Shown in pieces: positions 24,040 to 33,780 of a stretch of DNA of 64,000 bases (its first letter is position 1; every line of letters starts with the position of its first letter). Below the pieces are notes generated by a model. It had not been told where the DNA came from, ran no database searches, and was given only the letters and a program-made list of their open reading frames with translations. This DNA comes from an uncultured Propionibacteriaceae bacterium (lineage in GTDB: Bacteria; Actinomycetota; Actinomycetes; Propionibacteriales; Propionibacteriaceae), in NCBI GenBank assembly GCA_938012815.1, contig CALLVV010000059.1, forward strand, positions 4,129 to 68,128. The letters run 5' to 3'. The translations under genes and the position numbers were made by a program.

Positions 24040-24735
24040 ATGACCTCCGTACCACTAGCCGACGAGATCCGCGGCGCGCTCGCCGCCGCTGGTGATCCCG
24101 GGAAAGCCGTCCAGGAGCAGGCCTACATGAAGTCGGCGCTGCCCTTCCACGGGGTGCGGCTGCCGGAGGTGCGGCGCATCACCAAGAGACTGCTGAAGGA
24201 ACACCCCCTGACCGGCCGCGACCAGTGGGAGCGGGCCATCCGGGAACTGTGGGATGAGGTCACGCACCGGGAACACTGGTACGCGGCGCTGGAGATCGCG
24301 GGCCACCGCGACGCCCACGACTGGCAGGACCTCGGCGCCTTGGAGCTGTACCGCTACCTCGCCACGACCGGGGCGTGGTGGGATGTCGTCGACGGGATCG
24401 CCTCTCCCCTGGTGGAGAACGTGGTCGCGACCGCCCCCGATGCGCGGGCCGTGGTGTGGGACTGGGCCACGGGAGACGACCTGTGGTTGCGCCGGGTCTC
24501 CATCATCTGCCAGCTGCAGCGCAAGACCTCCACCGACCTGGAGCTGCTCGGCCACGCCATCGACTCCAACCTGGAGGGGTCGCGGCACGGCTCCGAGTTC
24601 TTCATTCGCAAGGCCATCGGCTGGGCGCTGCGGCAATACGCCCGCGTCGACCCGGACTGGGTGAAGGCCTTCGTGGAGACGCGCGGATCGCGGCTTAGCG
24701 GGCTGAGCCGCCGGGAGGCCCTCAAACACCTGTGA
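24040..24735 (+). CDS. DNA alkylation repair protein (AlkD-like)
   Basis: QAYMKS..PFHGV, GAWWDVVD, DLWLRR, EFFIRKAIGWALRQYAR..PDWV. Confidence 0.9.
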   Translation: MTSVPLADEIRGALAAAGDPGKAVQEQAYMKSALPFHGVRLPEVRRITKRLLKEHPLTGRDQWERAIRELWDEVTHREHWYAALEIAGHRDAHDWQDLGALELYRYLATTGAWWDVVDGIASPLVENVVATAPDARAVVWDWATGDDLWLRRVSIICQLQRKTSTDLELLGHAIDSNLEGSRHGSEFFIRKAIGWALRQYARVDPDWVKAFVETRGSRLSGLSRREALKHL

Positions 24736-25281
24736 TCCCACCTCCCCGGGTGGGATGACGACGGATTAGGCCGGTTCTTCGCAACCCGTGTGCAGAGCCC
24801 CGGCCCAGTTCCCATGGCTTTTCCCGGTTGCGCCGACCAACGCCGGAGAAACCGGCCGATCCGCGCAAGGCGGCACGAGGAAGAAGGAACCATGGCAGTC
24901 ATCACCGTGCTTGTCTCGGGAATCATGGCCACCCCTGACCGGCACCCACCCCGAGGGAGTTCATCACACCCTTCCAGAGACGGGCATCCACCCGAATCCA
25001 GGCCTGACGGTGCCCGAGGGGGTGACCGCCCACCAGCTGGAGGAAGCCCCGCGGACTTTCGGGGGGTCGAGCTGGTGGTGAGCGGGGTCAACTCGTTCAC
25101 GGTTGCCTGGGTTGACAACCAGTTCGCCTCCCTGCTGCGCCCCGGGAGGCACGTGATAGCCCTCGCCAAGGGAAGCGACAACATTCTCGCCATCCTGCCC
25201 CGGGCATTCGCCCCGCCTCCCCGAGGAGCTGCGCTCCAGGGCGAGCATCTCCGCGATCGCGGGGACGTAGAATCCTTGTGC

Positions 25282-25956
25282 ATGACTACGCAGCAGGTCC
25301 CACCCCCCGGACGGGATCCGGTTTCCGGTGATCCGCTGCCCACCCCCCGGCCCAAGGGCAAGAGTTCGGGATTCGCCTCCTGTGTGGGCCTGACCCTCGT
25401 CGCGGGAGTGATCATCGCCGGGCTCATCAGCCTGTTCGGCGGCTGGGACACGATCCTGGCCGAACGCGACAAGACACTCCCGGTCGTGGCCGCCGGAGAA
25501 AAGGTGCGCGCCGACCCCTTCGACGTGAAATTCTTGAAGGCGTTCCAGGCCGTGGAGGCCAAACCGACCTTCCGACCCACACCTGGAAAGCGCTGGCTGC
25601 TCATCACCATGGAAGTGACGAACACCACAGGGCAGTACGTCTACTCGACTCTCCTGATCAAGTCGCTGTCCCTTCAGGCCGACGGTCTCACCTCTGAATT
25701 CGGTTTGGACACCATCGACCCGTCGCTGTACCGGCTGCCGGACGGCCTTTCCCCGGTTTCCTTCCAGCCTGATCTCACCCAGAAAGTCGTAGCGGCCTGG
25801 CAGCAGAACGAATCCAAGCCCTTGCCGAAGGAACTCACCGTGACATTGTCCGAGAACTCCTACCGCGAAAGCTCATTGACCGGGGAGAAGGGCTGGTTCG
25901 ATCCGGAGGAGAAAATCTCCGCTGCCCTCACCGTGGAGGAGCTGAAACAGCAATGA
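25282..25956 (+). CDS. Membrane-anchored protein of unknown function (one TM, beta-rich extracellular domain)
   Basis: MTTQQVPP..., TM LVAGVIIAGLISLFGG, WLLITMEVTNTT, FQPDL. Confidence 0.7.
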   Translation: MTTQQVPPPGRDPVSGDPLPTPRPKGKSSGFASCVGLTLVAGVIIAGLISLFGGWDTILAERDKTLPVVAAGEKVRADPFDVKFLKAFQAVEAKPTFRPTPGKRWLLITMEVTNTTGQYVYSTLLIKSLSLQADGLTSEFGLDTIDPSLYRLPDGLSPVSFQPDLTQKVVAAWQQNESKPLPKELTVTLSENSYRESSLTGEKGWFDPEEKISAALTVEELKQQ

Positions 25957-26624
25957 CGCTTCCCACACGCAGCCAGCCCGCACCGCCGGGCCACGAAATC
26001 CCGCCCGGGGCGTTCACGGGGCCGGGCCCGGAGAGGGTTTCCCGGCGGCGGTTTCCCCGATGGTTCACGGTGCTGTCACTGACGGCGGCGCTGCTGCTCG
26101 GTTCGTGGCTCACCACCCAGCTACCGGACCGCGATACCGTAGCCGCCGCCCCCTTCCTCCGCCCCGGGAAGGTGGGACAAGACGTGGAACTCAGGACCGG
26201 CACGGTCAAAATCACCAACGTGCGTTCCGCCGCCGAGGTGAAGCTGGGATCCGTCGCCACCACCTCCGGGATCTGGCTCGTCGTGACTCTGGACTTCACA
26301 CCGAAGGGGGAACAACAACTCCTGAGAAAACTTGAACTGAAGGATGGCAGGGACCGCGCCTTCAACCATGCGAGCAATCTCTCCACCCCCTGCGGACCAG
26401 CTCAGCCGGGGCTGATCCTGGGGTGCGAATTTGCCCTGGAGGTGCCGAAGGACGCCCTGCCGAACGCGAAGCTCCACCTGTCCACGAACCCGCCGGGATC
26501 CGAAGATCCGAGCAACGATGTGGCGGTGATCGATCTGGAGGTCGACGAGGCCAGGGCGGAACAACTGGGGGCGGCGACACAACGCATAACCATCACAGCC
26601 CCGCACACCAAGGGGAAGGCATGA
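25953..26624 (+). CDS. Membrane-anchored protein of unknown function
   Basis: ATGA overlap; TM helix; GIWLVV, CGPAQPGL...CEFALEVP. Confidence 0.7.
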   Translation: MTLPTRSQPAPPGHEIPPGAFTGPGPERVSRRRFPRWFTVLSLTAALLLGSWLTTQLPDRDTVAAAPFLRPGKVGQDVELRTGTVKITNVRSAAEVKLGSVATTSGIWLVVTLDFTPKGEQQLLRKLELKDGRDRAFNHASNLSTPCGPAQPGLILGCEFALEVPKDALPNAKLHLSTNPPGSEDPSNDVAVIDLEVDEARAEQLGAATQRITITAPHTKGKA

Positions 26625-27235
26625 GGTCACCTTGGTGGAGGCGCAACATAGGTTGGGTGATCGCGCTGATCCCCCTCCTGATCTGTGCGACCCTCGCATG
26701 CTCACAACGCATGCTCAACCAGTACCTGCCCCGGAACCCCCTGAATCGTATCGAGACGCAGCCCAGGCACGGGATATTGCAACAGCAATACACGGAAGCA
26801 GGCACCACCTTCAGCCTGAAGGTGGCCGTGCATGTGAAGGATGTGCAGGCCGTCGACCGACACGAGAACATCCGCGCCGACGCCGGAGCGCAACTCTGGA
26901 GGGTTGATCTGGAATTCGAAGCGGAACCAGACCAGGTTCTGATCGCCTGCATAGCGGAACTGGAGGCGGACGGAGTGCGTTACGGAGGGGACGGCGGCAA
27001 GACTAGAGCCAGCGAAAATGGGGGTTCCTTCTCCTCGGGGGGGCTCCAGACCTGCACCCCACCCGATGCCCCTGGCCCCTCGTTCGACTTCGATGGCACC
27101 ACGCTCATCGAGACCACCCCTACCCGGCCGAGAACCTGGCCCATCAGCCTGACCTTCGCCCTACCCACGGGCGTCGCCCCGCAGGCGCTGTGTCTGTCCT
27201 GGCACGCCCCGGACTATCTGTACATCCCGTTATAG
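26621..27235 (+). CDS. Membrane-anchored protein of unknown function
   Basis: ATGA overlap; MRSPWWRRN then TM helix; Cys pair; C-terminal LSWHAPDY. Confidence 0.7.
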   Translation: MRSPWWRRNIGWVIALIPLLICATLACSQRMLNQYLPRNPLNRIETQPRHGILQQQYTEAGTTFSLKVAVHVKDVQAVDRHENIRADAGAQLWRVDLEFEAEPDQVLIACIAELEADGVRYGGDGGKTRASENGGSFSSGGLQTCTPPDAPGPSFDFDGTTLIETTPTRPRTWPISLTFALPTGVAPQALCLSWHAPDYLYIPL

Positions 27236-28492
27236 GGCCCGGCGGGGAAGGGCATTGTGGCCCCCCAGGGGATCCGACCGAGGTGCTGAGATTCGCCTGC
27301 CCCCGACCACCAAGTTCACGGAAGCCGCGAGCAGGGCCATGGCCAGCACGGAATAGACGAGCTGTGAGGCCGAGTCCAAGTAGGGCCGCAGAGCCATGTG
27401 GAGCCCGTAGGGGCGCGGGCCAACCGCTTCCCGGAGCAACCACGCGACCCCGACCTGTACCTGGTCGACCGCCACGAAGGAAAGACAGAACATCACGATG
27501 GGGGCGGGCCCCGCGATGAGTACCCGCGACAGGGCTCCCCAGAGGGCTCGCAGGGGAACCAGAATGGGTTCTCCGGTTTCCTCCAACGCCCTGCGCCAGA
27601 ATCCCGGGACCCGTTCAATGCGCCCCTTCAGGCGGCGTGAAGCGGGCGAGCGGCCGGTGCCCGTCACGAGATCCGTCTGATAGCTGGATGCCCCGATTGC
27701 GAGCCATGCCAACGGCAGCACGACCAGGGGACCGAGACCCGCGCAGGTTTTCACCAGCCAGTCCCAGCCGGGCAGAAGAAAATCCCGGACCGGTCCCAGC
27801 CACGACATGAATCCCTCCAGCTGAGCGATGGCGTCATCGACGACGGCCCGGTCCCGGAGCCACTGCCCGATCTCCTTGACCTGCCACATGAAAACGTTGG
27901 TCAAAGTGACCATCCAGAACGCCTCGAGGTAGATGGCGATCAGAGCGATCACGACGGAGCGGCGGAAGGCCTCCGTCAGGGCGATGGTTTTGCGGATCAG
28001 GATCGCCCCTATGACCATGGCCACCAGGTACCAGCCCTCCCCGTAGCTGTACCTCGCCGAGTTGAGGTGCAGAAGATTTCCGCTCTCATCGTAGGTGATG
28101 TCGTGAACGTAGAGACGCGAATCCTGGGCCACCAGGCCCTGGGCGGCATAGGCCGCCAGGAAGGGCAGCAGGACCTCCGTGGAAACCAGCAGGTGGTGGC
28201 GCCACCGTTCCCGGAAGGTGTTGCCCCGGTAGGTGTGGCTGAAGGCCGGCAGGGTTTCCGAGGCCACCCGCAGCATGAGGATCAGCGTGATGAGGGTGCT
28301 GAGCGGCGCCAGGGGAAGGATCAGCGAACCAAAGGTCCCGTTGATCGCCGAAGCCCACACCGCCAGCCACAAAAACCCCATGCGCCCGATGATCCCGATC
28401 AGGCACAGGCCGACGAGCTGCGGCCAGTGGTCGCGCAGCACCCGGCCAGTGTCGGCCAGGAGGCGTCCCCAGGAGGCGAACCAATCGTTCAC
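27230..28492 (-). CDS. Multi-pass membrane protein of unknown function
   Basis: 420-aa hydrophobic ORF; GTG start overlaps the stop of the nucleotidase gene. Confidence 0.75.
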   Translation of the reverse strand: MNDWFASWGRLLADTGRVLRDHWPQLVGLCLIGIIGRMGFLWLAVWASAINGTFGSLILPLAPLSTLITLILMLRVASETLPAFSHTYRGNTFRERWRHHLLVSTEVLLPFLAAYAAQGLVAQDSRLYVHDITYDESGNLLHLNSARYSYGEGWYLVAMVIGAILIRKTIALTEAFRRSVVIALIAIYLEAFWMVTLTNVFMWQVKEIGQWLRDRAVVDDAIAQLEGFMSWLGPVRDFLLPGWDWLVKTCAGLGPLVVLPLAWLAIGASSYQTDLVTGTGRSPASRRLKGRIERVPGFWRRALEETGEPILVPLRALWGALSRVLIAGPAPIVMFCLSFVAVDQVQVGVAWLLREAVGPRPYGLHMALRPYLDSASQLVYSVLAMALLAASVNLVVGGRRISAPRSDPLGGHNALPRRAL

Positions 28493-30168
28493 TGGCTCAC
28501 GCTATCGAGCGGCTCGTCGAAAACGAGACGCCAGTTCTCCTCCTCGGGGACGTCGATGCCGCGAGTCAGGGCCCAGTCGATCAGGAGCTGGCGGATGTCG
28601 AGCATGCCGTTGTACAGGACAGGAGCGTTCGCCACCTGCCGGTAGTCGCCAGCCCCGCTGAGCCTGTAGTGGTTCAGGGCGACGGCGAAACGGTCGGCGT
28701 CGGCCACAGGACGGCCGTCCGGATGACGCAGCCCCCTGATGCGCCGCCCGACCGGTTCGTTCAGGTTGATCTCGTAGCCGATGCCCCACGCGATGTCGTA
28801 CTGGTAGTCCCAGATCGTCTGACCGTCACGTTCCACGCTGGTCATGGTGACGGGGTCGAAACTCTGACCGCGCGGCAGGTCTGCGTAGTAGCGGGCGGCG
28901 TGTTCCAGGTGGGAGCGAAGCTCGGCCCCGGTGAGCAGTACCGCCGCCAGGGTGTTGTCGAAGACGTAGACGGCCGCCAGGTCACGGATGCTGACCGGCC
29001 CCTCCGGGATGACAGCAGTGCGTGACGTGGGGGCGGTGAGGCTGACCACGGGAAGATCCTCGTGCTCCCCACCGGCCAGCGCCTCGGCGACGGTGGCGGC
29101 CTGGACGCGCTGGATGAAGTCGATGACCCCAGTCGCGTGCCACCGGGAATCGGCGGCGCTGAGTTCTCGTGGGGAAACCGCGACCTGCCGGTTCACGTGG
29201 GCGCGGGTTGCCGCGTGGGCCTCGGCGACGGCGTCGAGCACCCGAGGGTCGGGCATCTCCCCTCGGGCCTGGTGGGAGGTGGAGCCCAGCACCTCGATGC
29301 GCCAGGAGTCGCCGTCGTGTTCGGCCTCGATGATGGTCTCCGTGAGCCCTGCGGCGTGGGCCCTCGGCTGGGTGAGCAGGACCGGACGGCCCGTGGCCTC
29401 GCAGGTCACCCACTGTTCCGGTTCGTCGCGGTGCGTGTGCCCGATCACCATGACGTCGATACCCGGCACCTGCTCCGCGATCTCCCGGGCCGGATTCTCC
29501 GCGGGCGCGTCGGCGTTCGTGGCGTAGGTGGTCTGCCCGATCCCCGCGTGGCACAGGACGACGACCACGTCGGACAGAAAATTCTCACGCAGCCTCGGCA
29601 CCCAGCAGGATGCGGCGGCGACCATGTCGGTGACATCCACCTTCCCGGCGAGCTGCTGGCGGTCCCAGATCATCGCGCCCGGCGTGGTCAGGCCGAGCAC
29701 CCCGATCCGGATTTCCCGCCCGTCCAAGCGACGGATCACGGGCGCGAAGGCCGGGAACACCGGGAGCCTCGATCCGGGGTCTATGACGTTGGCCCCGAGC
29801 AGCGGCGGGTCGAGCCGTCGCTCGAAGGAGTAGAGGAAATCGAGGCCGTAGTTGAATTCGTGGTTTCCGATGTTGACCGCGTCGTAGCCCATGACGTTGA
29901 AGGCCGCCGCCAGCGGGTGTGTCAAATTCCCGGTCCCGGGTTCGCGCCGGGCGAAGAAGGTGCACAGAGGGTTTCCCTGAATGGTGTCGCCGTTGTCCAC
30001 CAGTGCCACTGTCTCCGCCCCGCGTTCGGCCCTGATGCGTTCCACGACGGTGGACAACTGGGCCAGCCCGGCCTCTGCCTCACCGGTCCAAGGCTGGTCG
30101 CGATAGTAGTCCCAGTTCAGGACGGTGCCGTGAACGTCCGTAGTGGCCAGCAATGTGAGTCGCGACAT
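28489..30168 (-). CDS. Bifunctional metallophosphatase / 2',3'-cyclic-nucleotide phosphodiesterase / 5'-nucleotidase (CpdB-like)
   Basis: TTDVHG, DNGDTIQG, IGNHEFNYG, CHAG, GHTH; C-terminal 5'-nucleotidase domain (YVFDNTL, NHYR..G.G). Confidence 0.9.
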   Translation of the reverse strand: MSRLTLLATTDVHGTVLNWDYYRDQPWTGEAEAGLAQLSTVVERIRAERGAETVALVDNGDTIQGNPLCTFFARREPGTGNLTHPLAAAFNVMGYDAVNIGNHEFNYGLDFLYSFERRLDPPLLGANVIDPGSRLPVFPAFAPVIRRLDGREIRIGVLGLTTPGAMIWDRQQLAGKVDVTDMVAAASCWVPRLRENFLSDVVVVLCHAGIGQTTYATNADAPAENPAREIAEQVPGIDVMVIGHTHRDEPEQWVTCEATGRPVLLTQPRAHAAGLTETIIEAEHDGDSWRIEVLGSTSHQARGEMPDPRVLDAVAEAHAATRAHVNRQVAVSPRELSAADSRWHATGVIDFIQRVQAATVAEALAGGEHEDLPVVSLTAPTSRTAVIPEGPVSIRDLAAVYVFDNTLAAVLLTGAELRSHLEHAARYYADLPRGQSFDPVTMTSVERDGQTIWDYQYDIAWGIGYEINLNEPVGRRIRGLRHPDGRPVADADRFAVALNHYRLSGAGDYRQVANAPVLYNGMLDIRQLLIDWALTRGIDVPEEENWRLVFDEPLDSVSQ

Positions 30169-30265
30169 CTGGGCTCCTCCAATCGGGGTCGCAGCGAGCC
30201 TATCGCCTTGGGCTGACGAAGTCTCCGGGGTTGTGTGACGGCTTTCGCACGGTCAGAGTTGAGGC

Positions 30266-31054
30266 ATGCGTCTCGCCCTGGCACAGCTCCGTTCCACCAT
30301 CGATCCCCGGGAAAACCTGGCGTTGGTCACCGACGCGGCCAGCCGCGCCGCCCGCGGTGGGGCCGACGTGGTGGTGTTCCCGGAAGCCACCATGTGTTCC
30401 TTCCTCCGGGCACCCACCCAGGTCGCCGAGGCCTTCGACGGGCCCTGGGCCTCGGCCGTGCGACGCCTGGCCGGTGACCTCGGGATCACCATCATTGCGG
30501 GCATGTTCACCAAGGCGCCCGGCGCCCGGGTGCACAACACACTCCTGGCGACGGGCGAATCCGAGGGTCGCTACGACAAGATCCATCTTTTCGACGCTCT
30601 CGGTCAACGCGAGTCAGAAACCGTCGCACCGGGGCTGCGGTCGACGTCGATCGAGGTCGCCGGGCACGGGCTGGGGCTGGCCATCTGTTACGACGTGAGG
30701 TTTCCCACCCATTTCATCGACCTGGCGCTGGGAGGAGCAACGGTCATGGTGGTGTGCGCATCCTGGGCGCCCGGCCCGGGGAAGCTGCACCAGTGGCGAA
30801 CTCTGACGACGGCCAGGGCGATGGATTCCGTCTCTTTCGTGGTCGCGGTGGATCAGGCGCTCCAAGGCGATGCGGAGGCCCCCGGCGGCCCGACGGGCAT
30901 CGGCCACTCGATGGCGGTGGATCCCACCGGGCGGGTCCTGCTGGAGCTGGGCGCGGAACCCGATCTGGCCTTCGTCGATGTCGATCCGGAGCGGGTCGCC
31001 GTTACTCGTGAGACACTTCCGGTGCTCGACGAGAACCGGCTCCGGTCGCTGTGA
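30266..31054 (+). CDS. Carbon-nitrogen hydrolase (Nit/nitrilase family)
   Basis: VVFPE, YDKIHLFD and ICYDVRFP carry the Glu-Lys-Cys catalytic triad. Confidence 0.92.
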   Translation: MRLALAQLRSTIDPRENLALVTDAASRAARGGADVVVFPEATMCSFLRAPTQVAEAFDGPWASAVRRLAGDLGITIIAGMFTKAPGARVHNTLLATGESEGRYDKIHLFDALGQRESETVAPGLRSTSIEVAGHGLGLAICYDVRFPTHFIDLALGGATVMVVCASWAPGPGKLHQWRTLTTARAMDSVSFVVAVDQALQGDAEAPGGPTGIGHSMAVDPTGRVLLELGAEPDLAFVDVDPERVAVTRETLPVLDENRLRSL

Positions 31055-31087
31055 CGTTGCTCCCAGAGGGGCCCGTCCCGGGTTTCA

Positions 31088-31747
31088 TCAGTTCTCCACG
31101 AGCCCGTTCTGGTAGGCCAGGATCACGAGCTGGGCGCGGTCGCGGGCACCCAGTTTGGTCAACAGCCTGGAGACGTAGCTCTTCACCGTCGCGGGCGAGA
31201 GCGAGAGTTCCTCCGCAATTTCGAGATTGCTCAGGCCCTGCGCGATCAGACGGAGCAGTTCCTGGTCCTTCTCGGGCAGTTCGCTGATGGCCTTCGACGG
31301 ACGATGTCCTCGCTCATAATTGGTCAGGACCCGGGTGATGAGGCTGGGTGAGAGCATGGACTCACCGAGGTGAACCTGCTGGATGGCGTGCATGATCTCG
31401 CCACGGGAGCTGGTTTTGAGCAGGAAACCGGCAACCCCTGCACGCAGCGCATCGTGGAAGGTGTAGTCGTCCTCCAACGAGGTGAGCGCGATGACACGGG
31501 CTCGGAGTCCCAGGTCGACGATCTGTCGGGTGGCATGGATGCCGTCGAGCACCGGCATGCTGATGTCCATCAGGATCACATCGGGGTCGAGGCGCTTGGC
31601 AGTGGAAACGGCCGTCAGCCCGTTCGCGGCCGCCCCGACCACGACGATCCCGGGCATGGCGTCCACTATGCGTTGGATGCGGGCGCGCACCTGGTCGTGG
31701 TCTTCAGCGATCAGAACACGGATCTCGGCTTCGTTCATGTCACACAA
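31088..31747 (-). CDS. NarL/LuxR-family response regulator
   Basis: IAEDH, ILMDISMP, GFLLK receiver motifs; GLSNLEIA..L.LS..TVKSYVS HTH; start at 31747 or 31738. Confidence 0.94.
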   Translation of the reverse strand: MCDMNEAEIRVLIAEDHDQVRARIQRIVDAMPGIVVVGAAANGLTAVSTAKRLDPDVILMDISMPVLDGIHATRQIVDLGLRARVIALTSLEDDYTFHDALRAGVAGFLLKTSSRGEIMHAIQQVHLGESMLSPSLITRVLTNYERGHRPSKAISELPEKDQELLRLIAQGLSNLEIAEELSLSPATVKSYVSRLLTKLGARDRAQLVILAYQNGLVEN

Positions 31748-31949
31748 TCTAGTCGTTCGCCCCGGACCGTCTGCCGCGTCGATCTCCCAAAGTTGACGTA
31801 CGCGTGCCTTGATGCGACGGGTCGGGTTTGATTGGGATCAACAAAAACAGTCCACACCGAATCAATAGTGAAAAGGGACCTTCCATTCTCCGTTTCGGGG
31901 ACTGCTTACTGAAATTTAATCTTTACCCCTGTTCAAAGTAGAGCATACC

Positions 31950-32126
31950 ATGAAGCACAAGATCACGATCGCCCTCGCAGCCATGTTCACCCTCGCGACG
32001 CCCCTACTCACTCTCCCGGCCGAGGCCAGCACGACGCCCATCACCACTGCCTCCAAGACCATTCCTCCGACCAGCGCCGCCCCCGCATCCAATTTCCTCT
32101 GCCACATCTGGAGGGGTTACTGCTGA
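31950..32126 (+). CDS. 58-aa secreted peptide with a C-terminal Cys loop; candidate signalling peptide precursor (below the ORF-track size cutoff)
   Basis: MKHKITIALAAMFTLATPLLTLPAEA-STTPITTASKTIPPTSAAPASNFLCHIWRGYC*; Sec-type signal peptide with AxA site; small hairpin GAGGCT-N7-AGCCTC after the stop. Confidence 0.8.
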   Translation: MKHKITIALAAMFTLATPLLTLPAEASTTPITTASKTIPPTSAAPASNFLCHIWRGYC

Positions 32127-32424
32127 AGTCAATGAGGCTTGTTCACAGCCTCTCCGAAGCCGGTTGAGCCGGACCGCGACGAAGGAGTGGTCCACCTCGA
32201 AACCACCCGGCAGCCGCACAGCAGAGGCCGCTGCAATTCCTTGGACGTGGTCGCCGGGGGTTTCGACACGGTCAGTTCGCAGAGCGAGCAGACCGGCTCA
32301 ACCAGCTTCCGCTCCTCGAAACCTTGACCACAACCCCTCACCTGCGCCCCCCGACCAGAAGAATGTGCCGACGGGTACCTCACCCGTGAATAAGCCTCAA
32401 TGGCACAGCTGTATCATTTGACGG

Positions 32425-33552
32425 GTGAAGTTGCGACGCGCCCGTCTGACCCTCTCCCTCATCAAACAACTGCCCGTGGAGCCGGTGATCGGCGTTGCGC
32501 TATTCGCAATGACCCTGGGTACGCCACAGGGCACACCGGGACCGACTTCCACAGGAGTTGCACTGGTGATGGTTGCAGCCTCTTTCTTACTTCCTTGGCA
32601 ACCATTACCAGCCCTTGCACTAGCAATGTGCTACTTCGGCTTGTGGAGCACATTCAACATCCCCGAGGTATCCATGAATCTGTGCGGAGGAGCTTTCGTA
32701 TACAACTGGTTCAAAAATCGCCGCACCGGTCGCTGGACACTGGCCATCATCTACCCTTTGTTATTGCTGATCACCTGGGAGATTCGCGACTCGTGGAACG
32801 ACACTCTAATCAATCTCATCTTCTTCACCGGAGTCACTCTGTTCGGAGGTGCCACCGGAGCGATCGCTCACAAGAGGCATGAGACCGAGGAGAAGGCTCA
32901 CCGGGAAAGCGAGGAGACCCTGCGATCGACCCGCCTCCTCATGGCGAGCGAGCTCCACGACAGCGTCGCCCAAACCCAGACCTTGGTGGTGATGAACCTC
33001 GAGGACCTCGCGGAGGATCCACGTCTTCCCGGGGAACTATCCCCCGATCTTCTCGATGCGCTCGAGTTGTCACGTCGCGCGGCCACCGAACTACGCGCCG
33101 CCATGGTGGCTCTTCGAAACGTAGATCAGGACTTCAGTTCTTTCGGACGCCAGTCGACTCACTCCCTCGACATACAGTTGACCCAGGCATTGAGCGCCCT
33201 TCGGGACAACGGATTCAATACAGAAACTCATTTCGACATCCCTGGCGGCAAGCTCTCCCCCGACCTCGAATACGGCATTTCCAAGATTTTGGGAGAGCTT
33301 GTCGCCAACGTCGTGTGGCACGGAGCTCCCGGGACGTGCACCATCGAAGCCCGCGAAGACGACGGTTGCGTCATGCTGCGGGTGATCAACGACATCGGCA
33401 CCGCAGCTCCAGCGAAGAGCAACGGAGGCCATGGGCTGCTCGGCGTCAAGGAAAGGGTCGATCTGCTGAACGGCACGCATTCCTTCGCCCCCAAGGGACA
33501 TCAGTGGCATGCCGAGGTCAGGGTGCCGCTGACCGTCAGAACCGACGGATAG
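32425..33552 (+). CDS. Membrane sensor histidine kinase (HisKA_3 + HATPase)
   Basis: About 5-6 TM helices, H-box ASELHDSVAQ, N-box ELVANVVWH, G-box GGHGLLGVKERV. Confidence 0.92.
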   Translation: MKLRRARLTLSLIKQLPVEPVIGVALFAMTLGTPQGTPGPTSTGVALVMVAASFLLPWQPLPALALAMCYFGLWSTFNIPEVSMNLCGGAFVYNWFKNRRTGRWTLAIIYPLLLLITWEIRDSWNDTLINLIFFTGVTLFGGATGAIAHKRHETEEKAHRESEETLRSTRLLMASELHDSVAQTQTLVVMNLEDLAEDPRLPGELSPDLLDALELSRRAATELRAAMVALRNVDQDFSSFGRQSTHSLDIQLTQALSALRDNGFNTETHFDIPGGKLSPDLEYGISKILGELVANVVWHGAPGTCTIEAREDDGCVMLRVINDIGTAAPAKSNGGHGLLGVKERVDLLNGTHSFAPKGHQWHAEVRVPLTVRTDG

Positions 33553-33751
33553 GTCGAGCACGCGGGAAACACCGTTCGGCGGGACCCTCGGCCCGGAATC
33601 CCGAGGCGGGAAATGATCACAATTTCAATTGCTCCTCCCTTGCCGAGTTGGACCGGGCACGATCGTCCACCCCGGGAAGCCACCCCGCCCACCCCATCGC
33701 ACACGCCCCTCACCGCCGCCCGCGAGGCCGTCAACTTTCGGAGTATTTGCT

Positions 33752-33780
33752 TTGACGCCGTCCGGACAGCTCCGTAATCT
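33752..33780 (+). promoter_or_regulatory. Putative sigma-A-type promoter facing the NRPS-PKS cluster
   Basis: TTGACG-N17-TAATCT. Confidence 0.55.

Noticed and set aside
24790..25281. N-terminal extension of ORF 24790..25956
   Set aside because: Low-complexity sequence with no motif; the credible start is ATG 25282, shortly before the TM helix
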